Shown here piece after piece: positions 1 through 11,126 of a DNA stretch of 33,805 bases. The stretch comes from Nemertoderma westbladi. Its lineage: Eukaryota; Animalia; Xenacoelomorpha. Position 1 is the stretch's first letter. The number at the start of each line of letters is the position of its first letter. The notes under the pieces were generated by a model. That model searched no databases, had not been told where the DNA came from, and saw only the letters and a list, made by a program, of their open reading frames with translations. Location: the NCBI GenBank assembly GCA_032718475.1, contig JAUCBJ010005266.1:1-33805 (forward strand), written 5' to 3'. Made by a program: the position numbers and the translations under genes.

Positions 1-579
1 AAATCTGAAATTTTATGACTTTTCCTAAACATCTATTATCTTCCTAGTAGTGAAAACCGTTTTCAAAAATGTTGGGTAGTTTTCGAGTTATAGCACCATT
101 TTTGAACCCTACTTATGGCACATTTTTTGAGACGTTATTTGAAAATTACATTACATGAAATATGATTTGTAACATCTCTGTTTTATATTTACACCGTTTT
201 TATGGTATTAGCAATTAGATGGAATTCATATAAATTAATTTTGAAATTTCAAACTTGTTTTTTTCGGAGGGTGCCAAATTTTGGTGCCAGCACAAATTTT
301 AAAATGTCAATTTTGTAAATTGGTTGTTTGAACTTTTTCTTACGCAAAATGGGTCTTTTGGGGTTCTGGTTTCGATGGAATATATACGAGTTGCACCAAG
401 CGTATCAAACTTGTATTTTTCGGTGCTGTGTGCAAATTTTGGTGCTAGCATCACGAAATTTTGAAAATCCATTCAATAGTTAAAATTGCTTGTAATTAAC
501 GAACTAGACATCTCAAACTTGTACGGCCATTAATAAACGAATTGTAATTATTTGTTCTTCTGAAGCCCTCTCAAAATGT

Positions 580-1110
580 CCCATTCCTGACATGGAATTG
601 CCGCACAGTTGATTCTTCCATTTGAAGCCCCTTGAATTTTAAATTATTTAGTTCTGCAATGTCTTTAACAACAAGCGATAATGTTCTCGGTTTCATTGAT
701 GTAATCTGTGACACAACACGATCAAATCAGCGAACCACCTTCCAATGGGCAACTTGCAAACCTTGCATTAGTACTATTAGTTTAATAATTGGTCTGAAGA
801 CGTCAATAAAGATGACAAGGTCTGTCACAAAATCAATACTCATCATACGATATTGCAGTGGGAATAAAGGCAGTGCAATAAATTGCAGTGATCATGGATT
901 GATCTAAAAACTTCATGGTACAATGGAATGGCCTTTGTAAATTTTTTCCCATTGGTCCGAGGCTGAATGCTGAACTGCATAAGGAACGACAACAATGAGA
1001 GGAATCTTCTTATCTTTTGATACGGCTTCTAGGAGGGCATGCCCCTTACCACTGTTCATTAAATGGTTGAATTCATTGGCCTGTGGTATAAACTTTTTAA
1101 ACATCTGAAA
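580..1110 (-). pseudogene. Degenerate DNA transposase fragment, probably hAT-like
   Basis: The minus-strand frame of ORF 913..1104 (…VVPYAVQHSASDQWEKIYKG…) continues through several stops into QYRMMSIDFVTDLVIFIDVFRPIIKLIVLMQGLQVAHWK. This resembles the region of hAT-type transposases following the 'TRW/TRF' motif. Recognition by eye only. Confidence 0.35.
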
Positions 1111-1153
1111 TGCAACTTCGGAACCACCAATTTGGAAGTCACCGAGAATTAAT

Positions 1154-1600
1154 CGGAAACTTAAGGTCTGATTATTTAGAGCAGCAGTAGTTCCACTACT
1201 CCTCTATGGGAGTCCATGCTGGGCTCTAACTGCTGAGGACACCAAATCTCTGGATGGCACATTCACAAGAATGCTACGCCGGGTTCATTGTGTCAAGTAC
1301 AATGCACACATCTCCAACCAGACACTATATAACATTGGAGGTGTCTCATTGGTTCCCCCAAGCTTGACACTAGGACAAAATCACCGCCGCTTTGCAGGAC
1401 ATTGCTATCGCTGTAAGGACCCAGCCAGTGCATAATGTTGTACTTTGGCAGCCTCATGGAGTGAATAAGCATGATGGACAGCCCATGACTTTCTTGAGAC
1501 GCATCTTAAAGGACACTGGCCTTGAAGATGCGGATGATCTAGCAAATGTCATGGGTGATAGGGAATTGTGGCGGCGCAATTTTGTCGCCAAGCCAGCACA
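1154..1600 (+). mobile_element. RTE-type non-LTR retrotransposon 3' fragment (post-RT C-terminal region), degenerate
   Basis: Translates as RKLKV*LFRAAVVPLLLYGSPCWALT…SLDGTFTRMLRR…H.SN..LY…RRFAGHC.R…VVLWQPHG…G.P…DTGL…M.DRELWR, the typical RTE C-terminus, with stops and frameshifts. Confidence 0.8.
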
Positions 1601-2072
1601 GCATTCTTAAAAATGCAGCTGCAATGCAGCATGTCAGCAATGCAGCTGCTAGTAGTCGGAACCATCGATTATATGTTTTAGTTTATTATCATAAATAACA
1701 TCAGTTACCACTAAATTTAATAAATGTGCAGCATCAAATCAAATCAAATATAATTTCTAATCAAATCAATCAAACCTGATCTAATAATCTATGATCTCAT
1801 AATCTAATCAAATAATTTACTTTCTGGTATCTCAGACTGCACTTACAAAATAACAAATATTTAAAGTGATTGGGTGAATTGAATATTATCAAAGTGCGCT
1901 ACTGCAGCCAAATAATAGCAATGCTAGTGTAGTCCAACTATACCAGCTAGAGAACCATGGATTGGGGAGCGGGAAAACTATAAATAGTGCACTAAATATA
2001 AGTTCTAAATAGTGCACTAAATATAAGTTCTAAATCATCATCTGCCCCAAAATCTATAAATGTAAACCCAAC

Positions 2073-2175
2073 CCCGACACGTGCGTTGTGTGTATCAGAG
2101 AAGTGACAGTTCGTCAGCAGGCTTTGCAGTGCGATGAATGCAACAGATGGCATCATCGAAAGTGTGGATATACAG
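2073..2175 (+). pseudogene. Isolated PHD-finger exon fragment (likely from a TE-encoded protein)
   Basis: Translates PDTCVVCIREVTVRQQALQCDECNRWHHRKCGYT(G), giving the first six ligands of C4HC3 PHD spacing. It ends at a perfect AG|GTAAGT donor (GT at 2176). Too short for the ORF track. Confidence 0.7.
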
Positions 2176-2371
2176 GTAAGTGATACAGGTAAGGGGCACT
2201 ACAAAATTTATTTTATAATTTTAAGATCACTATCTACCTTTAAAAACATTAGCTACCATAATAAAAAATAATAGCTAACCTCTCTCACAAGGTGAAATAA
2301 TTTTTGTTCTTGAACAAAAAACTAAATATAAGTTCTAAATCATCATCTGCCCCAAAATCTATAAATGTAAA

Positions 2372-2997
2372 ATCGAGTGATGGTACTGTGAAAAACTTAT
2401 CAAACCCAGATGACATTGCGAATGAGTTGAATACATTTTTTACATCCGTTGGACATTAATTATAAAAACCCAAAATCATTTGCTAATACAGAAACTTCCC
2501 CTGTAGAAGTCCAGTATTTCCTACTCCAATTAAACAACCACTCTGCCACAAATGATCCATTTCCAGTAACTCTTGTTAAAATAGGTGCCAGTTATTTATC
2601 ACACCATCTGTCCAACGTATTTCATAATTCTTTACCTGTTGGTTATTTTCCAGATATCATTAAACAAGCCAGAGTTACTCCCGTCTTTAAATTGGAATAT
2701 CCCAAGGATATAAGCAATTACCGTCCCATTCTGTACTCCCTCCCTGTATTGAGTAAGTTTTTTGAAAACATAATAGAAATTCAATTAACATCACATTTAC
2801 ATATAAATTTTCAGTTCTAACAGATAACCAATACGGATTTAGGAAAGGTCTCAAAACAACAGATGCTCTATTAAATGAGATTGCAAATTTACGCAATGCG
2901 CTTGATAATTCAGATGCTAGTATAGATATTTTTCTAGATCTAAAGAAAGCGTTTGATACGCTCAACCATAAAATTTTATTAAAACAATTTGAACTAA
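2372..2997 (+). mobile_element. CR1/L2/Jockey-group LINE reverse transcriptase fragment, degenerate
   Basis: IANELNTFFTSVG…GYFPDIIKQARVTPVFK…DISNYRPI..LPVLSKFFE, then after a frameshift QYGFRKGLKTTDAL…IFLDLKKAFDTLNHKILL (RT N-terminal domains). Confidence 0.88.
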
Positions 2998-3055
2998 GGT
3001 ATAAGAGAGGTAGGTGGATCCGGATCCGCATCCGGATTCCAAAATTATCAATTAA

Positions 3056-3105
3056 GGGAAAGGAGCAGGTTACAGTGGCACGTTATTTTAACCAAAACAA
3101 TAAAC
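3056..3105 (+). repeat. Dispersed repeat core (GGAAAGGAGCAGGTTACAG…AACCAAAACAATAAAC); other copies at ~7070-7150 (+), ~9275-9323 (+), ~30150-30235 (-)
   Basis: Direct visual match of the motif and its flanking A-rich blocks at four positions. Confidence 0.65.
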
Positions 3106-3756
3106 TAAAGTCAATAGAACATGTTATAGTTTTATTTTTGGAGTTATAAAAATGTAAAAAAATCGACTTCCGTAGGGACAATGTTATATGTAGAGTAGAA
3201 TCCGGATCCGCGTTTTACTCTGACCCGGCTTACCACACTTAGCTTAGTCAGAAACTGTCGTTCTAGCCCATAGGGTCTTGCAATAAAGAAAAATATAGGC
3301 ATACATATTGTAAAACTTTAAATGCGTTTTTCTCAGAACGTCTTTTTTTGATATATTCCATTTCTACTTGACATGCCACAATGCCAATTCCAACGCGTAG
3401 GTATCCAATCAGTCCAAATCCTATTGAAATCAATGTCAGAGGAGGGCTCTCGATACTGTAAAGATTGCAGCGAAATAGCTTATGAGTTATATGATAATAA
3501 TATATATATATTTTAGATATATTATAGATTTATAATAATTTATGAGTTATAGCAGCTAGTAATTTTTATTTGATAGTCAAAGTAGCTAGTAATTATTCCA
3601 CTAGCTAGTTTTTTATACAAAATATAGGCAGATGTCAAAATAGAGTTTTTACATATTTTACTTATTTAGGCCTATTTTACTTATTACTAGATTTATTTCT
3701 CTTTTGATTAGTCATTTCGAGAATATTGATGATATGGAAATTGTCTAAATAAAAGG

Positions 3757-4244
3757 GGCACTACAAAATTTCTTTTATAATTTCTACCTTTAAAAACATT
3801 AGCTACCATAATAAAAAATAATAGCTAACTTCTCTCAGAAGGTGAAATAATTTTTGTTCTTGAACAAAAAACCATCTTGATAATATCCATTAACATGGTC
3901 CAAAATATTATTTTGTAATTTTAAGATCACTAGCTACCATAATAAAAAATAATAGGTAACCTCTCTGAGAGGGTGAAATTTATGTTCTAGAACGAAAAAC
4001 ATCATGATAATATCCAATAACATGGTAAAAAAATTGATGAAAAATTAGGTACCAAAAATTTGGTTTTGTAATTTTAAAAACAGTAGCTACCTAAAAGAAA
4101 TCACTAGCTACCATAAAAAAAAACAATAGCTAACGTCTAACAGAAGATGACATTAATGTTATAAAACAAAAAACCTCAAGATAATAGCCATTAACATTGT
4201 CAAATAAATGGTTAAAAAGTGGGTACCCATAACATAGTAGTGCC
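3757..4244. mobile_element. Putative MITE with 8-bp TIR GGCACTAC/GTAGTGCC and three diverged internal tandem units; partial copy at ~2191-2321
   Basis: TIR at 3757-3764 and 4237-4244. The internal unit (TAGCTACCATAATAAAAAATAATAGCTAAC…TAATATCCATTAACATGG) occurs three times. No TSD seen. Confidence 0.5.
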
Positions 4245-4245
4245 G

Positions 4246-4734
4246 GTTATCTCCCCACCACGGTAACCCGGCTCAATGATTGCTATAAACGATCCCGTCC
4301 CGATCTCATTCACAAATACATCATCTGAATCCTCACGGTACTGGTGTACCCTGACAAATGTTTCCTTGGAAGATAATTCCCTAAAAAATAATCATAAATA
4401 TAATATGAAATCTATGGAAATTTAAATGATTTAATTTATTTTATATCACCTGATCAATATTTATATAGTCACAATAATTTATTTCAGATGTATCACATCA
4501 ATATGAGGAAATTATAAATCGCCTCTAATAAATTTCATATAAATAAATACATTTGATAATATAATAATATAAATGTGTACATGGTATGTACTTGTAATTG
4601 TTTTTGGCTTATAAATCACAAAATAATATGAATAGAAGTAACTTAGAATTAGTAATTAAGTACTGCATACTGTCACATATTGCAGTTAATATTATTATTT
4701 TTATTGTTAAAATTTACATTATTTCCCGGGAGCT
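4246..4734 (+). repeat. ~0.45-0.5 kb direct repeat, copy 1 (copy 2 at ~8410-8855)
   Basis: Near-identical from ATCTCCCCACCACGGTAACC to ATTTCCCGGGAGCT. Copy 1 has a ~43-bp extra block. Explains the duplicated ORFs 4598 and 8719. Confidence 0.9.
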
Positions 4735-5033
4735 TATTTTTTTAATTATGTTTACCATACTTATTTGGGCTTCGTTTGATATACTGTAGTGCACCTACCA
4801 TCACGTTATGTATCTTTAAATTATAATTGTATCTAAGAACGTTTCCTTTTACCACTAAGTAATATTCCAAAATGTAAAAATATTAATTACTTTCTATATA
4901 AATTTGATGTGTCCCTCGAAATTTATTTTTTCGTAATTTCGTAATTGTTTATTCATATTTTTGTGTTAATTAGTTGTAATGCAGTAAAATCGGACCAAAA
5001 AATAATTTTTATAATGCGAAGGTTTCATAATTC

Positions 5034-5050
5034 CGGCAGTAAAGGGTTAA
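5034..5050 (+). mobile_element. Solitary piggyBac-type right terminus
   Basis: …GGCAGTAAAGGG followed by TTAA. No partner left end was found. Confidence 0.4.
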
Positions 5051-5135
5051 GAATTTAAAATAAAGGGCAGTTCGGATGTAATACAGTAGTGAACACTGAA
5101 CAATGATTTAGAATTGATTTAGAATCACCTTTGAA

Positions 5136-5333
5136 ATATATTGCGGTTTTTTTGTAAAAATTACGACTTATGGTGTTTTGCCAAAACAAGGGGGAACACC
5201 ATTTTCTGGTATTATCCCGTAACTATACGATAGTTGCGGGGTATTGCCTAGAAAACAAGTTATCCTCAATTTGGCAAAACACCATAAGTCCGAATTTTTA
5301 CAAAAAAAAAAACGCAAAATATATCAAATAATA
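5136..5333. repeat. ~195-bp imperfect palindrome (foldback) with 3-nt loop
   Basis: Arms include TGTAAAAATT.CGACTTATGGTGTTTTGCCAAA / TTTGGCAAAACACCATAAGTC.GAATTTTTACA. The centre is AACTAT-ACG-ATAGTT at 5221-5235. Confidence 0.85.
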
Positions 5334-6011
5334 GCCAAGGCGTATCGTATGTCCTTAATAATTTAGTGCGTAGTGCGCACGTAATACATGTGCGCATTTG
5401 TTATTAGCTAATAAGTGCTATCTACCATGTTAACTAGCACATGATCAGGTGTTAGTATTACCTGTAAACGCAATAATAACAAATAATCACATACAATATA
5501 GCTAACACACTTGTGCACATGTTGGAAATTTTTGAATGCAAAATTCTAAAGGGCTCCATAAGTTTTTGATATTTTGGTATAAATTGCTTCTAAAATAAGT
5601 ACGGGACTGTAGTTAGAATCATGTATCAATACAAATTGAACAAAATGTAGCCAAATGCAGAACTATAAGAACAAAATTTAGATTCAAGAAAGCGGAACTC
5701 TAAGTACAAAATATAGCCATGGGTGGTACTCTACAGTAAGAACAAAGTCTAGCTACAGGGTTACAGCTACGTTAAAGTAAGGTTCACTTACAGTACGTCA
5801 TGACGAATAATTAAAGACCTGTTTTTTCTACAGTACGTGGCAACATTTTGAGCAACTCTATCAGCAACTTAGTAAGCATTCCCAAAGTTTGTTGCTGTAA
5901 AAGATGCCTCATATAACGGAGACTAAAAGTTAATGTTACTCAAATTAAGTTGCTAGTTGCTGACCAAATTGTCCAAAACGTCCGGCAACCTAGAGTAACT
6001 TATAACAACTT

Positions 6012-6935
6012 GGACACAAACATTAAATGAGGGATAGATATTTATCAGCGCCACAAACATTAAATGAGGGATAGATATTTATCAGCGCCACAAACATTAA
6101 TGTGGGACAAACATTAATCAGGGTGACAAACATTAATGTGGGCCATAAACATTGATGTAGGACACAAACAATAATGTGGGACATAAACATTGATATAGGA
6201 CACAAACATTAATGAGGGACACAAACATTAATGAGGGACACAAATATTAATGAGGGACACAAACATTAATGATGGACACAACATTAATGAGGGACACAAA
6301 CATTAATTGAGGGACACTAACATTAATGAGGTACACAAATATTAATGAGGGACACAAACATTAATGAGGGACACAAACATTAATGAGGGACACAAACATT
6401 AATGAGGGACACAAACAATAAACGATGGACAGATATCAATCAAGGGCACAAACATTAATGAGGGACACAAACATTAATGAGGGACACAAACATTAATGAG
6501 GGACGCAAACATTAATGAGGTACACAAACATTAATGAGGGACACAAACATTAATGAGGTACCCAAACATTAATGAGGGACACAAACATTAATGAGGGACG
6601 CAAACATTAATGAGGTACACAAATATTAATGAGGGACACAAACATTAATGAGGTACCCAAACATTAATGAGGGACACAAACATTAATGGGGGACACAAAC
6701 ATTAATGAGGTACACAAACATTAATGAGGGACACAAACATTAATGAGGTACACAAACATTAATGAGGGGCACAAACATTAATGAGGGACACAAACAATAA
6801 TGAGATACACAAACATTAATGAGGGACTCAAACATTAATGAGGGACACAAACATTAATGAGATACACATACATTAATGAGGGACACAAACAATAAACGAG
6901 GGACAGATATCAATCAAGGGCACAAACATTAATCA
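6012..6935 (+). repeat. 19-bp minisatellite (GGGACACAAACATTAATGA), roughly 45 units
   Basis: Directly visible tandem array. A variant block AACAATAAACGA.GGACAGATATCAATCAAGGGC occurs twice (~6415, ~6888). Confidence 0.95.
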
Positions 6936-7527
6936 TGGGCACTATCGCCCTTCGCACTTAGTATGATTCATGTTACCACCCATACACATACAATATATTA
7001 CAGTATTACAATTCTCATTACTGTCAAGCAATAAAATAACAACAATAAATATTAACATATTAATCTGACCAAACCAATAAATCTATGTTATTACCAATTG
7101 AAAGAAAGGATCAGGTTACAGAGATGGTTTTTCTAACCAAAACAATAAACGATGTTGTTACTAAAAAGGGAAGGAGTAGGAGTAAAAAATGATGAACATG
7201 AGGGGGAGACAGGAATGGGGGGGGGGGGGGGGGGGGTAACATGAATGGTGGTGGTAGGAGGTAAATTGAAAATATGGGGGTATAACATCCGGGGGGGGGG
7301 GGGGGGGTAGCAGCAAAACAGGCAGCTGAACAATGTAAACCGAACGTCGCTTTCAATTAATCCATCTAATTAGGAAGATGGAATGTATACAAAACGGCGC
7401 TACTTTGATCGAAGCTCACGTTCCCATCCATGGTAGTATTTTTTCCAGTTATTCACTTATTATCTAATCGTCTGATGGCAAGCATCACCATCGCTCATAT
7501 TAATATCCATTGGCAACCATGGACCCC

Positions 7528-7601
7528 TATTAATGTTTTGTGTCCTTCATTAATGTTTGCGCCCCTCAATAATGTTTGTGTCCCTCATTAATATTTGTGT
7601 C
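7528..7601 (-). repeat. Inverted copy (~4 units) of the 19-bp minisatellite
   Basis: ATTAATGTTTGTGTCCCTC units, the reverse complement of the 6012-6935 unit. Confidence 0.85.
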
Positions 7602-7639
7602 CTGGCCGCAATACAAACCAGTATATAAATGATAAATTA

Positions 7640-7958
7640 CGGGGATTTGCCAGGCTATTGTTTCTGATTTAAGGGGTTTTACAGGTTGTTATTTCTGATT
7701 TAAGGGGTTTTGCCAGGTGGACTGAATTTCATATACTTGAATTTACGGTGTTTTGCAAGCCAATTATTGACTTGTGGGGTTCTGCCTCGAAGTGGGCATA
7801 AGATACGGGGAACTGTCTTTGGCTTATAACTCAAAAACGGCTGGTAGAAAAGCTTCGGGGTTCTGCCAGACGAAAAAGCCGATATCGAATTACCCAAAAA
7901 GTCAAAAACATGAAAATCGAAAAAAATCGACTTAGGGGGTTCTGCCTTGAAGGTGACG
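7640..7958. mobile_element. Probable DNA-transposon subterminal region with repeated GGGGTT(T/C)TGCC motifs
   Basis: About 7 copies of GGGGTTYTGCC-like motifs ending …GGGGTTCTGCCTTGAAGGTGACG. A related motif (GGTGTTTTGCC) occurs in the 5136-5333 foldback. Confidence 0.4.
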
Positions 7959-8409
7959 GTTTGTTGTGTTGTATGACGTTCAGGTGGGATTGAACTAGGT
8001 GTATTGCTATTTATGTCTTTATTGGCCTCACAATCTGCTGCCTCTATGTTGGACCCTAGGGATTATAATAATCTCAAACCACTCAATATATTTATAATCT
8101 TCATTTTTATTTAGAAAAATATTTTTAAGTCTCCCGCCACGCCCATCCCCATCATTAAATGTTACTTATTATATATTCTGTCAATAATTATTGTATGAGT
8201 GCCTGTCGAATTAATAGTTTTATTAAAATAAATATTAACATCAACATACCCCTGTTACTTCCAATCTCTCCATGTACAAGGAGAACCCCTGAAGATCGGG
8301 TGACTTTATCAAGTCGTTGATGTTACTTGGTAACTCAGGCAAAACCGCTGGTCTTTCCAGATGCAACGGCTTATGCTTTGTTAATATTGTTGGGAGGTGG
8401 GTTATCTCA

Positions 8410-8855
8410 TATCTCCCCACCACGGTAACCCGGCTCAATGATTGCTATAAACGTCCCGGTCCCGTCCCGATCTCATTCACAAAGAAATCATCTGAATCCT
8501 CACGGTACTGGTGTACCATGACAAATGTTTCCTTGGAAGATAATTCCATAAAAAACAATCATAAATATAATATATGAAATCTATGGAAATTTAAATGATT
8601 TAATTCAGATGTGTCACATAAATATGAGGTAATTATAAATCGCCTCTAATAAATTTCACATAAATAAATACATTTGATAATATAATAATATAAATGTGTA
8701 CATGGTATGTACTTGTAATTGTTTTTGGCTTATAAATCACAAAATAATATGAATAGAAGTAACTTAGAATTAGTAATTAAGTACTGCATACTGTCACATA
8801 TTGCAGTTAATATTATTATTTTTATTGTTAAAATTTACATTATTTCCCGGGAGCT
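8410..8855 (+). repeat. ~0.45 kb direct repeat, copy 2
   Basis: Matches 4246-4734. Confidence 0.9.
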
Positions 8856-9153
8856 AGCGGTAAATAAGATTTGCATTATTTTCCTAGGTAAATGGGGATT
8901 ATTGCTCTTCGACCAGTCCTTTTCGTGCTGTAACCAATACTATTTTGAGGCATCACCATTGAGTTGAGTAGCAGGACTAGTAAAATGACATCAAGTAATT
9001 AATAATCTTAAAATAAATAAATATGTTCCAAAATATTGTGTGTATTTATTAAATTTAATAAATGGCGTAGCCTTCAGGCTGAAGCGGATGCAAATATCTG
9101 CACATTTTTACAATAAAATTACATATTGTCAGATTGTACGATAAATAAAACAC

Positions 9154-9250
9154 ATTGTTTACCTTTTCGCACCTCGATCCGATTTATATACCTCCCTTGC
9201 TGCACTCGGTCGGTAAATAACATATCTCGGGGTGAAGGTAAAAACAATAA
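9154..9250. repeat. ~100-bp degenerate palindromic repeat
   Basis: ATTGTTTACCTT…CACCTCGA… pairs with …TCGGGGTGAAGGTAAAAACAAT around a CTCCCTTGCTGCACTCGGTCGG centre. Confidence 0.45.
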
Positions 9251-9799
9251 ACACGATAACTTTACCAAACCCCAAAACAATAAACAGCCACTTTACTAAT
9301 TGAGGGAAAGGAGCAGGTTACAGACGTAAGGGACGGTCCCCAAACTGCCAAAGTAACAATACCCACCCGCAGTAGTTATTACAGTACCGGTACTGCAGCC
9401 AACATGAGTCTGTCAGTCTGTGGTCTGAGACTACATCTAATGGAAGCTGTTGTCAGGTTGTGTTTATACACCTATAGGCTATGCTATGGCATGTATGGTA
9501 CACCAATACAGCAAGCAATACTGGTGAACCACTAAAATAAATAACCGTTGACAGTAATACTGCAGTTGTTAAAAATCCGGGTTGGCAACCAATGGTTTTT
9601 CTCACCATTGGTTTTTTATGGTTTTTTGGTTTACCCAACTTTTAAAAAAAGGCGAAAAAAATGGTTTTTTATGGTTTTTCAGTTAGGGTAGGTTTATAGA
9701 TAGATTTATTTATACATTATGTAAAAACAATAACAAATACACCAAACAATGTACCGGTATAAAGGTATTGTCCAACATAACATATAGGATTACCCCTAA

Positions 9800-10170
9800 G
9801 GCCCCCCTCACACGGAGCAACTTGTTGCTGAAACTTGTTGCTGGACCCCCTCACACACAGAAACTTGTTGCTGCAACTTGTTTCCAAAACTTGTTTCTGT
9901 GTGTGAGGACTCCAGCAACAAGTTTCTGCAACTTGTTTCCGCAACTTATTTCTGTGTGTGAGGGAGTCCAGCAACAAGTTGCTGGAAGTTATATTCCCAG
10001 CAACTTTTTGAAAAAGTTTTATTACATTCCATTTTGATACTAGCTAATATTAGATAATTTGAGTGATGTGATATTATATACAAATGACTGGACATGTTAG
10101 CTATTTATTTGGAAATAATTGTTATTTTCTTCAGCAACAAGTTTCTGTGTGTGAGGGGGTCCAGCAACAT
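9800..10170. mobile_element. PIF/Harbinger-like MITE relic with nested inverted repeats
   Basis: Begins TAA|GGCCCCCCTCACACGGAGCAACTTGTTGC. Repeated AACTTGTTGCTG / CAGCAACAAGTT and CTCACACACAGAAAC / GTTTCTGTGTGTGAG occur in both orientations. The right end is incomplete. Confidence 0.6.
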
Positions 10171-11126
10171 ATCGATTACACATATCGATATCTCCCAATA
10201 ATATACAGGAAGATGATAACATAAAGGGAAGCTAAATGTGAAGGGGGGGGGGGGGGGGGGGGGGGGGTGAGTTTGGATAATGTTTATTCATCTCTGATAT
10301 ATATGTTTTAATCATTAGACTTTCTTTCCTATTTATGCAATGAATAATTATTTCATTAGTGCTAGCACACATTAACTGTAAACGCATTACCTATAGCTTA
10401 TATCCACTGTAGGCCATCAAAAAGGTGCTGGGCCATCAACCGTGAACCGATGCTTCAGTAATGTATAATGTATTACAGTCCATTAAGAACACTAATGGTT
10501 CTTAAAAGGCATATAATATATTATTCAACATATTTTTTTACTTATCTGCATTCAAAGAAATCACCCGCTGCAGTAAATTAATGGTATAAATCACCTTATA
10601 TATTGCAAAGCCTCCTGATCATGTTTATAAGGCCATACAAGTTTTTCACTAAACCAAAGTAGATATAATGTTTAGAAAACGTAATCATTTCATTCAAATT
10701 CATATTCTGGATTCAAACTTTCAAAGAAACCATGCATGGAGGCTTACAGTAGAGATTGTTATAGGTATGGTTGTGTTGAGCTAATCCGTCGTCATTTCTC
10801 TTACATTAATGTGTCCAAATAGTCTTGTACCACTCAAGAATCGAACCTGAGCAGAGACACTTACAACACTGGGACCAAACAATTCTGTCCTGACCAGTGA
10901 TTGAATCTGGAGCCTCTTGTTTGGACCCCATAATGTCACCACTACTCCTTGTGCCTATTAATTTAAGGCTCCACTAAACGTAAGTACTTAGAAACCAGTT
11001 AGTAGTCGTAGTAATCTAATAAATTATACTTTCTGCACAGCAATATAATGAATTCCATTCAATGATAATGAGATAAATTCATTTAGTCTTTGAATAATAC
11101 GTTTCTTCAACCTCCAATTGGACATA

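Noticed and set aside
1-500. DNA-transposon-like AT-rich segment; similar hAT-MITE-like patches at ~5830-5990 and ~9560-9690
   Set aside because: The texture suggests MITE interiors, but no paired termini or TSDs could be shown.
4598-4789. Duplicated small membrane-protein ORFs (4598, 8719)
   Set aside because: TTG-started AT-rich frames inside a duplicated repeat, diverging exactly at the repeat boundary.
7111-7356. Proline-rich ORFs
   Set aside because: Artefacts of poly-G tracts.
10835-10950. tRNA gene or tRNA-derived SINE head on minus strand
   Set aside because: Only weak A/B-box-like words (TAGTGG, GATTCAATC, GGTTCGATT); no cloverleaf, tail or second copy could be established.
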